DNA of 64,000 nucleotides from Centroscyllium fabricii (GCA_051313645.2 JBNRSN020000010.1:209870001-209934000), one strand, 5' to 3'; positions 35,380 through 48,424 are shown, counted from the stretch's first letter. Notes: generated by a model not told the origin, from the letters alone. Made by a program: numbers and translations.

Positions 35380-37078
35380 AACAACAACAACAACAACATG
35401 TATTTATATAGCACCTTTAACACAGTAAAACGTCCCAAAGCACTGCACAGGTGTGTTAAAAGACAAAAAAAATTGATACCGATCCACATAAGGAAAAATT
35501 AGGCCAGGTGACCAAAAGCTTGGTCAAAGAGTTAGGTTTGAAGGAGCGTCTTAAAGGAGGAGAGAGAGGTAGCGAGGCGGAGAGGTTTAGGGAGGGAATT
35601 CCAGAGCTTAGGGCCCAGGCAACAGAAGGCACGACCACCAATGGTGGAGCGATTATAATCAGGGATGCTCAAGAGGGCAGAATTAGAGGAGCACGGATAT
35701 CTCGGGGTGGGGGGGGGGGGGGGGGGGGGCGCGGGGGGGAGTTGTGGGGCTGAAGGAGATTACAGGGATAGGGAGGGGCGACGCCATGGAGGGATTTGAA
35801 AACACGGATGAGAATTTTGAAATCGAGGCGCTGCTTAACCGGGTGCCAATGTAGAAACATAGAAACATAAAACATAGAAGATAGGAGCAGGAGTAGGCCA
35901 TTTGGCCCTTCGAGCCTGCTCCGCCATTCAATGAGATCATGGCTGATCATCCAAACCCAGTACCCCGTCCCTGCCCTGTCCCCATATCCCTCGATCCCGC
36001 ACCGACACATATTCAATTCAATTCAATTCAAGTTTTATTGTCATTGCAGAGTACTAGTACAATACAACGAGACGAAGACTCGACTCTCCCGAGAGTAGTG
36101 CAAATAAAATAAATAAATTACATGCAAATTGCATACAGTAAAGTACATTATCAGGCATGCAGGTGCCGGAGTTTCTTTTTAGAGTTCAGGAGGCTGACAG
36201 CCCTGGGGAAGAAGCTGTTCTGAAATCTAGTCGTGCGGGTGCAAATTGCTCTGTAGCGTCTCCCGGAGGGCAGGGGGGCGAACAGACTGTGGCTGGGGTG
36301 TGTGGGGTCTTTAATAATGTTCAGAGACCTCTGTAAGCAGCGTTTGAGGTAGATGCTTTCCATTGACGGTAGCTGTGTACCGGTAATTCGTTGGGCAGTT
36401 TTGACTACCCGCTGCAGGGTTTTCCGGTCCGAGATAGTGTAATTACCATACCAGACAGTGATGCAGCTTGTCAGTATGCTTTCTATTGTGCAGCGGTAGA
36501 AGTTGGAGAGGATGCCGGATGACAGCCTGGCTTTCTTCAGCTTCCTTAGGAAGTACAGGCGCTGTTGGGCCTTCTTAACCAGAGAGATATCCCACCCTAT
36601 CCCCGTAACCCCACATATTTAATCCCCCTAACAGTAAAGGTCAATTTATCATGGCCAAGCAACCTAACCCGCACATCTTTGGACTGTGGGAGGAAACCGG
36701 AGCACCCGGAGGAAACCCACGCAGACACGGGGAGAATGTGCAAACTCCACACAGATAGTACCCGAGGCTGGATTTGAACCCGGGTCTCTAGTGCTGTAAG
36801 GCAACAGTGCTAACCACTATGCCACCGTGCCGCCCATGTAGGTCAGCGAGTACAGGGGTGATGGGCGAACAAGACTTGGTGTGAGTTAGGGCACAGGCAA
36901 CCGAGCTTTGGATCACCTTAAGTTTACGGAGGGTGGAATGTGGGAGGCCAGCCAGGAGTGCGTTGGAATAGTCAAGTCTAGAGGTAACAAAGGCACGGAT
37001 GAGGGTTTCAGCAGCGGATGGGCTGAGGCAGGGGCAGAGACGGGTGATGCTACGGAGGTGTAAATAGGCGGTCTTAGT
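35380..37078 (-). mobile_element. L2-like 3' fragment containing a nested HE1-type SINE (35853-36836)
   Basis: LHWHPVKQRLDFKILIRVFKSLHG and a (TTG)n tail; the L2 sequence resumes at 36837. Confidence 0.8.
36011..36586 (-). mobile_element. Rex1/Babar-like LINE 3' fragment inserted in the HE1 SINE
   Basis: IIKDPTHPSHSLFAPLPSGRRYR...RTTRFQNSFFPRAV and a (TTGAA)n tail; near-identical to 48425-48990. Confidence 0.88.
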
Positions 37079-37329
37079 TAGGAATGATGATAAACGTTAA
37101 TCAATTAGCAGTAACGAAGCCTGTAATTTATAGGAGGATGGTGAGACTGAGGGTGGGGAGGAGTTGCCCAGTTCTGGTGGTCTGGTTAAGAATGAGTTAG
37201 AGTAGAAGAAGATGCAATGAGTCTTGAGTTCAACACTGAGAATACAGCGAGGATGAAGAGTTAGTGAGTAACACTGATTTGGAAGAGATGAGGGTGGCTT
37301 ATAAACCACAGGTTACGGCATATTTGGTA

Positions 37330-37653
37330 CAGGTTGAGCACCGTTAATCAGTTACCCGAAAAACCGGCAGCTTCAGACGTCCGGCAAAGATTTCCCCGAC
37401 TGCCCTGCGCATGCGCAAAATGGCCGCCGCGCTTGGCTGCGCATGCCCGGGCCTCCCGGAACGATTGATGCTTCGGCGAATGATCAGCGCATGCGCCGCC
37501 GAACGGCGAGCGCATGCGCAGACCATTGAAAATTTTGCGGCGGCCATTTTGAATGGTCTGCGCATGCGCCGCCGAAGCTTCAATCATTCGGCGTTTTCAA
37601 CAATTTGGCAGGGGGCTGGTCCCGACCCTGCCGGATTAATGGTGCTCAAACTG
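37330..37653. mobile_element. Tc1/mariner (Tigger/pogo-like) MITE
   Basis: 20-bp TIRs CAGGTTGAGCACCGTTAATC / GATTAATGGTGCTCAAACTG (18/20) flanked by TA. Confidence 0.85.
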
Positions 37654-37954
37654 TACAACATTCCTTTTTAAGCACAGCAATTAGAAGATTTGACAGCGGG
37701 ATCAGACATTCCTTGCCTTCGTGCCTCTGTGTTTTTTTCAGTCGATACTTACCTGTGATTTACTGTGGTGCCAGTCTTGGCTGTGGGATTGGAGGGCGTT
37801 GAGGGGGGAGAGGCTTGGTGGAGAGATGGCAGCCAGCTTTGGGTGAATGTCACAGTCACTCCAACTGAAATTGGATCAGGCTTCCAATAGTATAAAAGTT
37901 AAAAAGAGCCCGATTGACCTTCCTCCCCAATCAGGTCACCATCCAAGGACATAG

Positions 37955-38635
37955 AAAAGTCCTCAAACCCGGCACCAAACTCATGGTCTACAGAGCAGCA
38001 GTGATACCCGCCCTGCTGTATACCTCAGAGACATGGACCATGTACAGCAGGCACCTCAAAGCACTGGAGAGGTACCACCAATGCTGCCTCCGCAAGATCC
38101 TGCAAATCCATTGACAGGATAGGCGCACCAACGTCAGTGTTCTCGCTCAGGCCAACATCCCCAGCATCGAAGCTTTGACCACACTCGATCAGCTCCGATG
38201 GACGGGTCACATTGCCCGATACGAGACTCCCAAAACAAGCGCTCTACTCGGAGCTCCGACACGGCAAGAAAGCCCCAGGTGGGCAGAGGAAACTCTTCAA
38301 GGACACCCTCAAAGCTTCCTTGAAAAAGTGCAACATCCCCACCAACACCTGGGAATCCCCGGCCCAAGACCGCACAAAATGGAGGAGAAGCATCTGGGAA
38401 GGTGCCGAACACCGAGTCTCTTCGCCGGGAGCAAGCGGAAGCCAAGCGCAGGCAGAGCAAGGAACGCACGTCAACCCAAACTCCCCACCCACCCGTCCCT
38501 TCAACCACCGTCTGCCCCACCTGTGACAGAGACTGTAGGTCCCGCATTGGACTCCTCAGTCACCTGAGAACTCATTGTTAGTGTGGAAGCAAGTCATCCT
38601 CGGTTCCCAGGGACTGCCTAAGAGAGAAGAAGAAA
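37955..38635 (+). mobile_element. RTE-clade LINE 3' fragment
   Basis: YRAAVIPALLYTSETWT, QLRWTGH and RLPKQALYSEL...GGQRK; (GAA)n-like tail. Confidence 0.85.
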
Positions 38636-38990
38636 AGAAAGAATTTGCATTTCTATAGCGTCTTTCAGGACCTCAGGAGGTCGCAAAGCGCTTTACAGCC
38701 AACAAAGTACTTTTGACGTCTAGCCACCGTGGCAATGACGGACTCACGGTAGCCAATTTGCAGACAGCAAGTTCCCACAAGCTCTGTGCAGTTCTGTTCC
38801 TGTACAGACCGTGTTTTTGAGGACATTGGGATGGTTGGGTTTACCATTGGCTGTAAAGCACTTTGGGACATCCTGAGGTCGTGAAAGGTGCTATAGAAAT
38901 GCAAGTCTTTCACTCACACTGCTTGACCCCCATTTCACCTCTCACACCATTCAATAGGCCTGTCTGTGATAAACCGATCCTGTTGAAATG

Positions 38991-39455
38991 AAAGAACTTG
39001 CATTTGTATAGCGCCTTTCACAACCTTCGGACCTCCCAAATACGTTACAGCCAATGAAGCACTTTTTGAACTCTAGTAGTTGTTGTAATGTAGGGAACGT
39101 GGCAGACAATTTGCGCACAGCAAGCTCCCACAAACAGCAATGTGATGATGCCCAGATCATCTGTTTTTAGTGATGTTGGTTGAGGGATAAATATTGGCCA
39201 GGCCACCGGGAAGAGCTCCCCCTGTTCTTCTTTGGAATAGTGGCCGTGGAATCTTTTACGTCCACCTGAGAGAGCAGAAGAGGCCTCAGTTTAACCTCTC
39301 ATCTGAAAGACGGCACCTCCGACAGTGCAGCACTCCCTCAGCCCTGCACTGGGAACGTCAGCCTGGATTTGTGAGCTCGAGTCTGTGGAGTGGGACTTGA
39401 ACCCACGATCTTCTGACACAGAGGTGAGCGAGCGACCCACTGAGCCACAGCTGAC
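38991..39455 (-). mobile_element. Deu-domain SINE (SacSINE/AmnSINE-like), near full length; partial copies near 31300, 34905, 45560, 49985, 60775 and 63800
   Basis: tRNA-like head GTCAGCTGTGGCTCAGTGGG...GGTTCAAGTCCC, core GAGGGAGTGCTGCACTGTCGGAGGTGCCGTCTTTC, tail GTGAAAGGCGCTATACAAATGCAAG. Confidence 0.8.
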
Positions 39456-39509
39456 ACCTAGGCACCAAAGAGAGACGAAGGCACTGCTAGCTTTAATTAT
39501 AATTGATAC

Positions 39510-42500
39510 TGTAGGCGGCTGTGCTCTCCTGTCGAATAATTCAGCCAACACGAGTAACTCAAATACAGGTCTTTACTGTACAAAACTCAAAACGACTCTA
39601 ACAAGAAAAAGCCCCCGAAACGCGCTATGACATCATGAGATCAGTCCGTTTTCCCTCTCACTTAAAGGGGAGGGGAACACTGCGAATTAAAGGGGATTTT
39701 ACATACAATAACTATACACAGACATTTAACCCCTGATGTGGAAATGCCACATGCGCCCCCCCAGAATCCTCTTTAACCGAGTAAATCAATCGTTCAGGCG
39801 GCTTGACCAGACGGCCGGAGCGGCTGTAGTACCCGGCCTGTGGACGAGGCAGAGTGTCTTGGAGGACGGCAGGTGGAGGGACGGATAGGTCCGGCGGTTG
39901 GTCTGGCAACGAACTTGCAGGTGGTTCTGCGGGAGATGCCGAAGAAGAAGGAGATGACCGGCAGACGGGCGGACTGGAGGACGACAGCAGTGTTGCTGGG
40001 GGTCTGCCACGCCGTGGCGGAAGAGCTGGCTGTACTGGAGAACTTATGTCCAGGTGAGCTGGCTTCAGATGATCCACCGAGACATGGTCTGGCTTACCAC
40101 CGACGTCTCGAAGAAAAGATTTGTCTCCCGGCTCTAATACCTGGAATGGCCCAGTGTAAGCTGCCTGAAGAGGATCCTTGTGCGCATCCCGGCGCACAAA
40201 AACGAATTCCGCTTGCTGCAAACCTTTTGGAACCTGGGAGTGTTGAGGGCCGTGCTGAGATGTTGGTATTGGTTGAAAACGGTCCACAGCCTCCTGGTGC
40301 AGGGAACGCTGTGTTGCAGCAGACCATGGTTCTGTTACAAAAGGAAGAAATTCACCCGGTACGCTGAGCGATTGTCCAAAAACCATTTCAGCTGAAGAAG
40401 AGTTGAGGTCCTCCTTGGGTGTAGTACGAAGTCCCAGGAGAACCCAAGGCAATTTATCTATCCAGCAGGCATCTCGCAGACAGGCTCGCAAGGAGGCCTT
40501 CAAGGACCTGTGAAAGCGCTCACACAGGCCGTTCGCCTAGGGGAGGTAGGGGGTGGTTCGATGGAGTTTAGCTCCTAACCCTTGCGCCACGGTGTTTCAC
40601 AGTTGAGAAGGGCCTCTGTCGGACGAGATGTCGGCAGGAACTCCGAGTCTGGCCACCCACGAGGATAAGACTGCTCCGGCGACGCCGGCAGCGGTGGTGG
40701 AGGCAAGTGGGACTACCTCCGGCCATCTTGTGGTGCGGTCGACAATGGTGAGGAGGTGCGTCAACCCTTGTGACGGCGGGAGAGGGCCAACCAGGTCCAC
40801 ATGGATGTGGTCAAATCTTCTTTCCGGCACGGGGAAGACGGCTAATGGTGCTTTGGTGTGCTGCTGGATCTTCACCCTCTGGCAGACCACGCACGTGTTC
40901 GTCCAGTCCTTCACGTCTTTGTGCAGACCAGGCCACACGAACTTCGCGGCCATTAACTTCTGGGATGCCCGCATGCCTGGGTGAGAAAGACCATGGATGA
41001 CACAAAAACTCGCCGACGCCAGGAGGAAGGAACTACCGGCCTAGGATCTTTGACCAAAACATCACAGAGAAGATTTGTACCAGTCGCCTGGAAATGAATG
41101 TCAGCCAGGTTGAGGCCCGTAACCGCCGATCTCAGGGACTGGATTTCGGCATCAGAGACTTGATCGACTGCCATGTGGGCGTAGTCTATGCCCACATGCA
41201 CGGTATGAAGAGAAGGACGTGAGAGGCAGTCCACCACCAGGTTTTCTTTCCTGGCGACATGATGGATTTCAGTGGCAAACTCAGATATGAAGTTGAGCTG
41301 GCGCTGCTGGCACGCAGACCAGGGTTCTGAGGTTTTTGCCATTGTGAAGGTCAGCGGTTTATAATCGACGAATGCCGTAAATGACCGACCTTCCAGTAAG
41401 AATCAGAAGTGTCTGATTGCCAGAACAAGGCGAACAGCTCTCTGTCAAAAGTGCTATATGCCCGTCCGTTCTTGCGTAATTGATGACTAAAGAATGCCAG
41501 TGGCTGCCACGCACCGTCGACCCACTGCTGCTGTACCGTTACAATTGCATCGGTAGTTAGTGCGGCCGTGGCGCCCGAAATGGGATGCGCCAAGAGTGTT
41601 GCATTGGCCAATGCTCGTTTGGTTTGGTTGAATGCCGAGGACATCTCTTCTGTCCATGATAGCGGTTGATTTCCCGTCTTCCCCCTGGTTGCTTCATAGA
41701 GTGGGCTTTGTCGGTGCTGGCCACGAGGATGTCGTCGAGGTAGACGAAAAGAAAAGGGATGTCCCGGAGCACTGAATCCATATTGAAAAGCCTGAATGGC
41801 ATTCGTAAGAATTCAAAACGACCAAAAGGGGTAATGACCGCAGTCTTCTGGACGTCGGCGTGGTGAACTGGAACTTGATGATACCCCCGGACCAGATCCA
41901 CTTTAGAAAAGACGAATTTACCCGGCAGGTGTGCCTTTGAAATCCTGGATGTACGGAATTGGGTAACGATCAGGTGTAATGGCGTCATTGAGCCTCTTTT
42001 AATCGCCGCAAGGTCGCCAACCACCGCCCGGCTTAGGAACAATATGAAGAGGAGAGGACCATGGACGATTGGAGCGGCGGACAATGCCCAACTTTTCCAT
42101 TGTCGCGAACTCTGCCTTGGCTACCGTCATCTTGGCCGGGTCCAGGCGCCGGGCTCGAGCATACACCGGAAGGCCTGAGGTGCCAATGTGATGTTCGACG
42201 CCGTGTTTAGTCGACGTGGCAGAAAATGTTGACTGCGTGAGTCCTGGAAAATCCACCAGAAGTTGAGTGTAGTCGTCCGTGGCAGGGAAAGCGCAGGACA
42301 TGATGAGGGGCGATTCGTTGCTGCGTTGATACAACAGGGAATGAAACGTGGCCGCGTTAATGAGGCGCCTGTCGCGGACGTTGACCAGGAGGCCGTGGGT
42401 GTGGTAACCATCATTACCACTGTAATAGTTAAGCACACTATAAACCAGCATGTATAGCGGCTGGGTGCACTGTACATAGTTTTTGTATTACGACACTGTC

Positions 42501-43090
42501 GCGGGGTCAGGTCAGCCACACCTCTAACTCCTCCCCTCAGGTGAGTGCCTTATAGGTGGGGTCTGACCTGCCCCCATTCATTCTGTACCTGATGTTCGAC
42601 CGGAGCGTAGCTCCTTTGTAAAGCGAATAAAAGCCTATAGTTAAGGTAACTACTCGTCTTTGATTCATTGACGATACGTCAGTGGGCACACAGAAAATCT
42701 GCGCCCAGCAAGGGCTGTGCGACCGAGGCCGTAATAAAGTCCCATGTAAACCTCTGCCCTTTAAAACAGACTTCTGCTCGACGCTTTCCATAAGTATTGA
42801 TGGCGGTGCCATTAGCCGCCATGAGGGGAGGACCGCACCGGCCCACCTGGATATCGAAGGTAGAAGCTGGAAGGATACTGCACTGCACGCCGGTGTCGCA
42901 GAGGAATCGTCGCCCAGACAGCAAATCGGTGACATAAAGCAGCTTCCCTGCCGAACCGATGGCCATTGTAGCGGCGGGCGGTCGATCAGATGGCAATCTG
43001 CCGGTGGCGAGGAACCGGTGAGTCGGGCAGAGCTTCCTTTTTTTTGGTGGCGAAAGTGCAGGGTGGCCTTCCTCAGAAATCTGATCCCCC
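39510..43090 (-). mobile_element. Decayed, 5'-truncated CsRN1-like Gypsy element with 3' LTR (39510-39751)
   Basis: Frameshifted fragments [42 protein letters not shown] and LPWVLLGLR are homologous to the 16016-19843 ORF; PPT GGATTCTGGGGGG next to the LTR. Confidence 0.9.
42400..42681 (+). mobile_element. Solo LTR (TGTGGTAA...GATACGTCA family) nested in the decayed Gypsy
   Basis: 5-bp TSD GTGGG; splits the LGADFLCAH|GLLV protease coding region. Confidence 0.9.
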
Positions 43091-43148
43091 ACATCAAGGG
43101 AGATTTGTCTCTCCCTTCCATATGTGCGTTCTTTAAGTCAGCTTCTCT

Positions 43149-43187
43149 TTCACCTGACGAAGGGGCAGACGCTCCGAAAGCTTGTGA
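43149..43187 (+). ncRNA. Minimal hammerhead ribozyme motif in a Penelope pLTR
   Basis: TCAC-CTGACGA-A-GGGGC AGAC GCTCC-GAAA-GC-TT-GTGA: catalytic core, helix II, palindromic AAGCTT helix III, helix I TCAC/GTGA. Confidence 0.7.
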
Positions 43188-43410
43188 GTTACAATAAAAC
43201 TGTTGGACTATAACCTGGTGTTGTGTGACTTCTTGCATTTGTCCACCCCAGTCCAACACCGGCACCTCCACATCATCCTCACAGCAAGTTAGTCAACTCA
43301 CATTAACTGCTTTATTCCACATCTGTGCTCACCGTCCGACAACAACTCCTGGTCCACCAACACCTTTAATTTTAAAATTCTCATCCTTGTGTTCAAATCC
43401 CTCCATGGCC

Positions 43411-45494
43411 TGTAGGATTCACAAAATTCCCACGCCACCCACAGTTATGGTTAATAAAGGCCCTACAAAGAAAAAGGGACTTCCAGTAAAAAGGCTGCGA
43501 ATTTTAAACAGACAGCAGGCCAGGCCAAGGTCAAAGGGCATTGAATTTGACATACCTGGAGCCAGGAAGCTGGTCTTTAATTCCGGACAGACAGCGGAGA
43601 CCCAATACACTCGAGAGACAATGAGGCAGAGGAGATAACCTCATCTCACAAACTTGCTAAATGATTTAAACTTGTGCATAAACAGGCACGCAGTCAACTG
43701 GGCCATTAAGGCAGAGAACAGTGATTCAATCTTTTGCATGAACTAACAGTCCAATACTTCGGAACAATTCAAAACCCAATACTGGGTAGTTAACATCTTC
43801 AAAAACAAAGCACCCTGAAACAGTAGAGCCATTAAGGGAGGAGATCACCTTCCCGAAAGTCGTTAAAGTAAATGGACCTAATCATTTTAATGAGCCCACC
43901 AAAATTCAGACAATAGCTTGGCTTTGATTTGGCGCGAGATATGTGATACAGATTTTGTATAACTGTAAGGCCAAAAAGCAAGCAGGCACGCAAGGGAGCA
44001 AGGCAGCAGCCAACAGCCACACACAGACACGCGGCAGCGAACAGAGAATCGGAAGATGAGCAGGAGGAACGAAACGAGAAGGCAACAAAACATCTGGACA
44101 GGAGGACAAGGAGTGTCGATGACCAACAGACAAGAGAAGCGAAATCCGAAGTCCCTATACATAATTCAAAGGGCTGGGTAAAGGCCCTGTCACACCTTGA
44201 CGTTTTAGCCAGCGTATGCAAATTTGGCGAAAACGCTGGTTTACGTCGGATACGTTATGGGTAAGTTTTGTGTACGCTAAGAGCACGCTGGCATACGCTG
44301 GCCATAAGTTGCATACGTCGTTGTACTCTGAGTAAGTCGAGAAATTTTGAGCATGCACAAAATTTCTCGACGTATCCAGCGTATGACTCACACGTTCCGC
44401 ATACGCTGGCCATAAGTTGTAGGCACGTTAGGCGATCGTTGACACACGTCGACACACGTTACTTGTAAGTTAGTCATAAGTCAAAATACGTCGAGATAAT
44501 GTCTAGCGTACCCGGAACTTATTTCTAACCTATGAGTAACGTGCTTTGAACCTATGTGTAACGTATCTCCAACGCATATTGACGTATGTGACGTCTTCCG
44601 GACGACCACAGAACTTATGCCCCTGTCACACCTTGACGATTTAGCTAGCGTATGCCAACGTATCAAAATTTATCTAAAACGTCGGCGATACGCTGCCGCG
44701 CGCTATGCATAAGTTAGACTATCGTTGGGCATAAGTTGTGAACGCCGACAACACGCTAAGCATTCGTTGGTATAAGTTATCTGTAAGTTATCGATACGTT
44801 CTGTGTACGTTACTAATACGTTATGCATACGTCCAACTCGTTATGAATACGCTATTATACGCCCAAAACTGAAAAAAACATCGATAGTTCAGCGAACGCC
44901 AGCGTTTTAGCCAAATTTGCATACGCTGGCTAAAACGTCAAGGTGTGACAGGGCCTTCAGAGACAGTACTCTCTCTGGGCAAAACAGCAAAGCCAAATCG
45001 ATTAGCAGCCGGTATCGCGCAGTTGCTGGGACAGAGCGACCACGTGACGGAAGCAGACCCTCTGGGACAAAAGGCAACAAAGTACAGAAGTCACAACTGC
45101 AGTAACCAAACCTTGGCTGGGTGAGCACAGATTTCTGGGTCTTTTAGTCAAATCTAGTTCGATTGGGGGTGGGACCAGGTTATAAGGGGAGTAAAATTAA
45201 CAGTGATTTTTCCCTTGTTGTGTTGTATGATCCCCATTCCCAGTTATGGTACCTGTAACATCTGTCAGTTTAATCCTGTAAGTTAAGTTTATATAATATT
45301 TCTCTGTCATAAGTCTTGTTGTATGTTTCATTAATAAAGGCCGTTTTCTTGCACCAAACTTGTTGTCTACGCAATTTTGTATCGCAAGCCTGTACCTAAG
45401 TCCAGTGTCTAGAACTTGGTTGGGGCGTGGGAGCGATTCGAACCGCTCACGGAAGTCAGAGGCAAAGCTGACCCCACCCGTGCACCCCCCTACA
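43411..45494 (+). mobile_element. Long (~1.3 kb net) solo LTR inserted in an L2 fragment, with a nested MITE
   Basis: TGTAGG...CCTACA termini; 4-bp TSD GGCC; the L2 sequence CTCCATGGCC|TCACCCCCTCCCTATCTC is continuous across it; AATAAA near 45333. Confidence 0.75.
44182..44956. mobile_element. Harbinger-like MITE with long TIRs
   Basis: TIR AGGCCCTGTCACACCTTGACGTTTTAGCCAGCGTATGCAAATTTGGC (47 bp) at both ends; flanks TAA/TCA; second copy at 53077. Confidence 0.88.
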
Positions 45495-46644
45495 GGCCTC
45501 ACCCCCTCCCTATCTCTGTAACCTCCTCCAGCCCTCTGAAATCTACTGCTCTGCTTAGAAATAGTAGTCATGGGATCTTTTACATCCACCTGTGAGGGCA
45601 GCCCTCAGTTTAACTTCTCATCCAGAGGACGGGCGCCTCCGACAGTGCAGCACTCCCTCTGTACTGCACTGGGAGTGTCAGCCTGGATCCTGTGCTTAAG
45701 TAGAAGGAGTGGGGTTTGAACTCACGCCCACCTGACTCAGAGGCGAGAGCGCTACCCGCCGAGCCACGGCTGACGCCTTGCAGGCATGACGGTTAGCCTC
45801 AGAACCCTTGGTGCAGGGGAGAGCAAATAATAAACCTGGGTCCGCGCTCTTGGTCCGTGCTCACCATCCCAGTGGCTGACGCTGGAGGGCGAGGGCGAGA
45901 TCAGGCTCGGAGGTGACGGCCCAATGGACAAATCGTCTTGGCTCATCCACAAAGAACAGGCCACTGGGCAAGGTGCCAGAAGGCTGCGAGTACTGCGAGC
46001 CAGCTTGGTGGAGACGGGGGCAGGGGGGGGACATCGGGAGAGAGGAGGGACACGGCAAGATCACCCATGGAGAGGCCTCAATAGCAGCCATCGGGGACGA
46101 AGCCTTGACCTCACCTGCCATTTCCCACCACCCGCCCAGGCGATTATTTTCCTGTGCGGTCAGTAATTGCAAGGTTCTGATAGACTGAAGGCACTTGGCT
46201 CCAGTCGCACTGTCACCCAGCATCCTCTTGCAAAGGTGCAGAGAGCTAAGATTAAAGGCCCCGTCTCCGTGGGAACGGTGGTTTCAGTAAGAGGGAGAGA
46301 GTCTGTCTGACGGTAATGGGTGATAATTTGAAAGCACAGTGTGCAGTAAATTAGACTGAGCCCTTGATGAAGAATGTATGTTGTTTACTTAGCTGTTGGG
46401 ATGGGCAATCGTTAAGAATATATAATCTGGAAACAGAATTAAAGCGAGGAAATGAACTTTGGCACAATTATCTACCTAATGCCCGCAGCTGACGAGCAGA
46501 CAGGCAGATCCTACAGACAGACAGGGACCCAACCCACTAGGATCACTGCCCTGAGCCTGTTAATATTCGACAGACACGCTAGTTTCTGATGATGGGCGAA
46601 TGATTTGGAAATTTCACTCAGGTTCCCGAGTGTAGTATAAAAAC

Positions 46645-47710
46645 AGAAACATAGAAAATAGGTGCAGGAGTAGACCATTCGGCCCTTCGAGCCTGCACCG
46701 CCATTCAATACGTTCATGGCTGAACATGCTACATCAGTACCCCGTTCCTGCTTTCTCGCCATATCCCTTGATACCCCTAGTTGTAAGTATTACATCTAAC
46801 TCCCTTTTGAATATATTTAGTGAATTGGCCTCAACAACTTTCTGTGGTAGGGAATTCCACAGGTTCACTACTCTCTGGGTGAAGAAGTTTCTCCTCATCT
46901 CGGTCCTAAATGGCTTACCCCTTATCCTTAGACTGTGCCCCCTGGTTCTGGACTTCCCCAACAATGGGAACATTCTGCCCGCATCTAACCTGTCTAAACC
47001 GGTCAGTATTTTAAACGTCTCTATAATATCCCCCCTCATTCTTCTGAACTCCAGAGAGTACAAGTTCAGTTGATCCAGTCTTTCTTGATATGTCAGTCCG
47101 GCCATCCCGGGAATCAATCGAGTGAACCTTCGCTGCACTCCCTCAATAGCAAGAATGTCCTTCCTCAAGTTAGGAGACCAAAACTGCACACAATACTCCA
47201 AGTGTGGCCTCACCAAGGCCCTGTACAACTGTAGCAACACCTCCCTACTCCTGTACTCAAATCCCCTCGCTATGAAGGCCAACATGCCATTTGCTTTCTT
47301 AACTGCCTGCTGTACCTGCATTTCCACCTTCAGTGACTGATGTACCATGACGCCCAGGTCTCGTTGCACCTCCCCTTTCCCTAATCTGTCACCATTCAGA
47401 TAATAGTCTGTCTTTCTATTTTTACCACCAAAGTGGATAACCTCACATTTATCCTCATTGTACTTCATCTGCCATACATTTGCCCATTCACCTAACCTGT
47501 CCAAGTCACTCTGTAGCCTCTTAGCATCCTCCTCGCAGCTCACACTGCTTCCCAATTTAGAGTCATCTGCAAATTTGGAGATACAACATTTAATCCCTTT
47601 GTGCAAATCATTAATATATAATGTAAACAGCTGGGGCCCCAGCACCGATCCTTGTGTTAACCCGCTTGTCACTGCCTGCCATTCTGAAAACTGCCCATTT
47701 ACTCCTACTC
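46645..47710 (-). mobile_element. CR1 LINE 3' portion (RT ORF 46734-47672)
   Basis: QGSVLGPQLFTLYINDL, SKFADD, LYRALVRPHLEYCVQFWSP and tail repeat. Confidence 0.92.
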
Positions 47711-47987
47711 TGTGATGAACCTTTTGGTGTAGTTCACACTGTACGGTTATTGCATATAGTTCTGTTTAATGTGTTTGTATATATCTTGTTATATATCTGT
47801 TAATGTCTTTACCTTTCTGTAAGGACCTGTACCGGCTGACTCCGCCTCTGGGTGCTAGTATAAAGGAGAACGCTCCGCCCACTTATCTCTCATTCCAGGC
47901 AGGCTCATCGGGGACACGGTTCAGTGCCTTGTTAATAAAAGCCACTTTATTAAGAAACTCGATGCCATCTTAATTTGAGGCATCTCA
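47711..47987 (+). mobile_element. Solo LTR related to the 294-570 and 24315 LTR lineage
   Basis: TGTGATG...GAGGCATCTCA, 277 bp, 5-bp TSD TACTC, GTTAATAAAAGCC motif. Confidence 0.85.
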
Positions 47988-48424
47988 TACTCTTTGAGTA
48001 TAAAAGTGTTGTTTTAATTCTCTTCTCTTGCCTTCCCCTCCTGTCCCCTACCTTTCCTCGCTGAAATACAGTTTCACTTGCTCCCGCAGTCCCCTCTGTG
48101 ACCACGTCAGTCTATTTTCTTTCCACTGGGCATCCCCAATAGGCCGAAGGGCCTCCCTCCATCCTGTAACCTCAGTGAGGTGGCCTACAGGCAGGCTCTT
48201 TCCAGTAGGTGTGTCTGGAGAGTGACCAGGAGTTGGCTGATTCACATCCCACCTCTCCCACCCCTCGGCCCCCTCTCCCCATTCCCTCTGTCCTTCATCC
48301 CCCCCACTCCCCTGCCCCCTTCCCTGCACCCTGTCCCTCACACCCCCTGCCCACCGTCCCATCTCCTTCTTCTCCTCCCACCTCCATCCGTCGACCCCCC
48401 CAACTCCCACGCCCCCCCATCCCT

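Noticed and set aside
45790-46260. Non-repetitive-looking GC-rich stretch with ~120-aa ORFs, possible host exon
   Set aside because: No recognisable domain or convincing splice-site pair; BLASTx would be needed.
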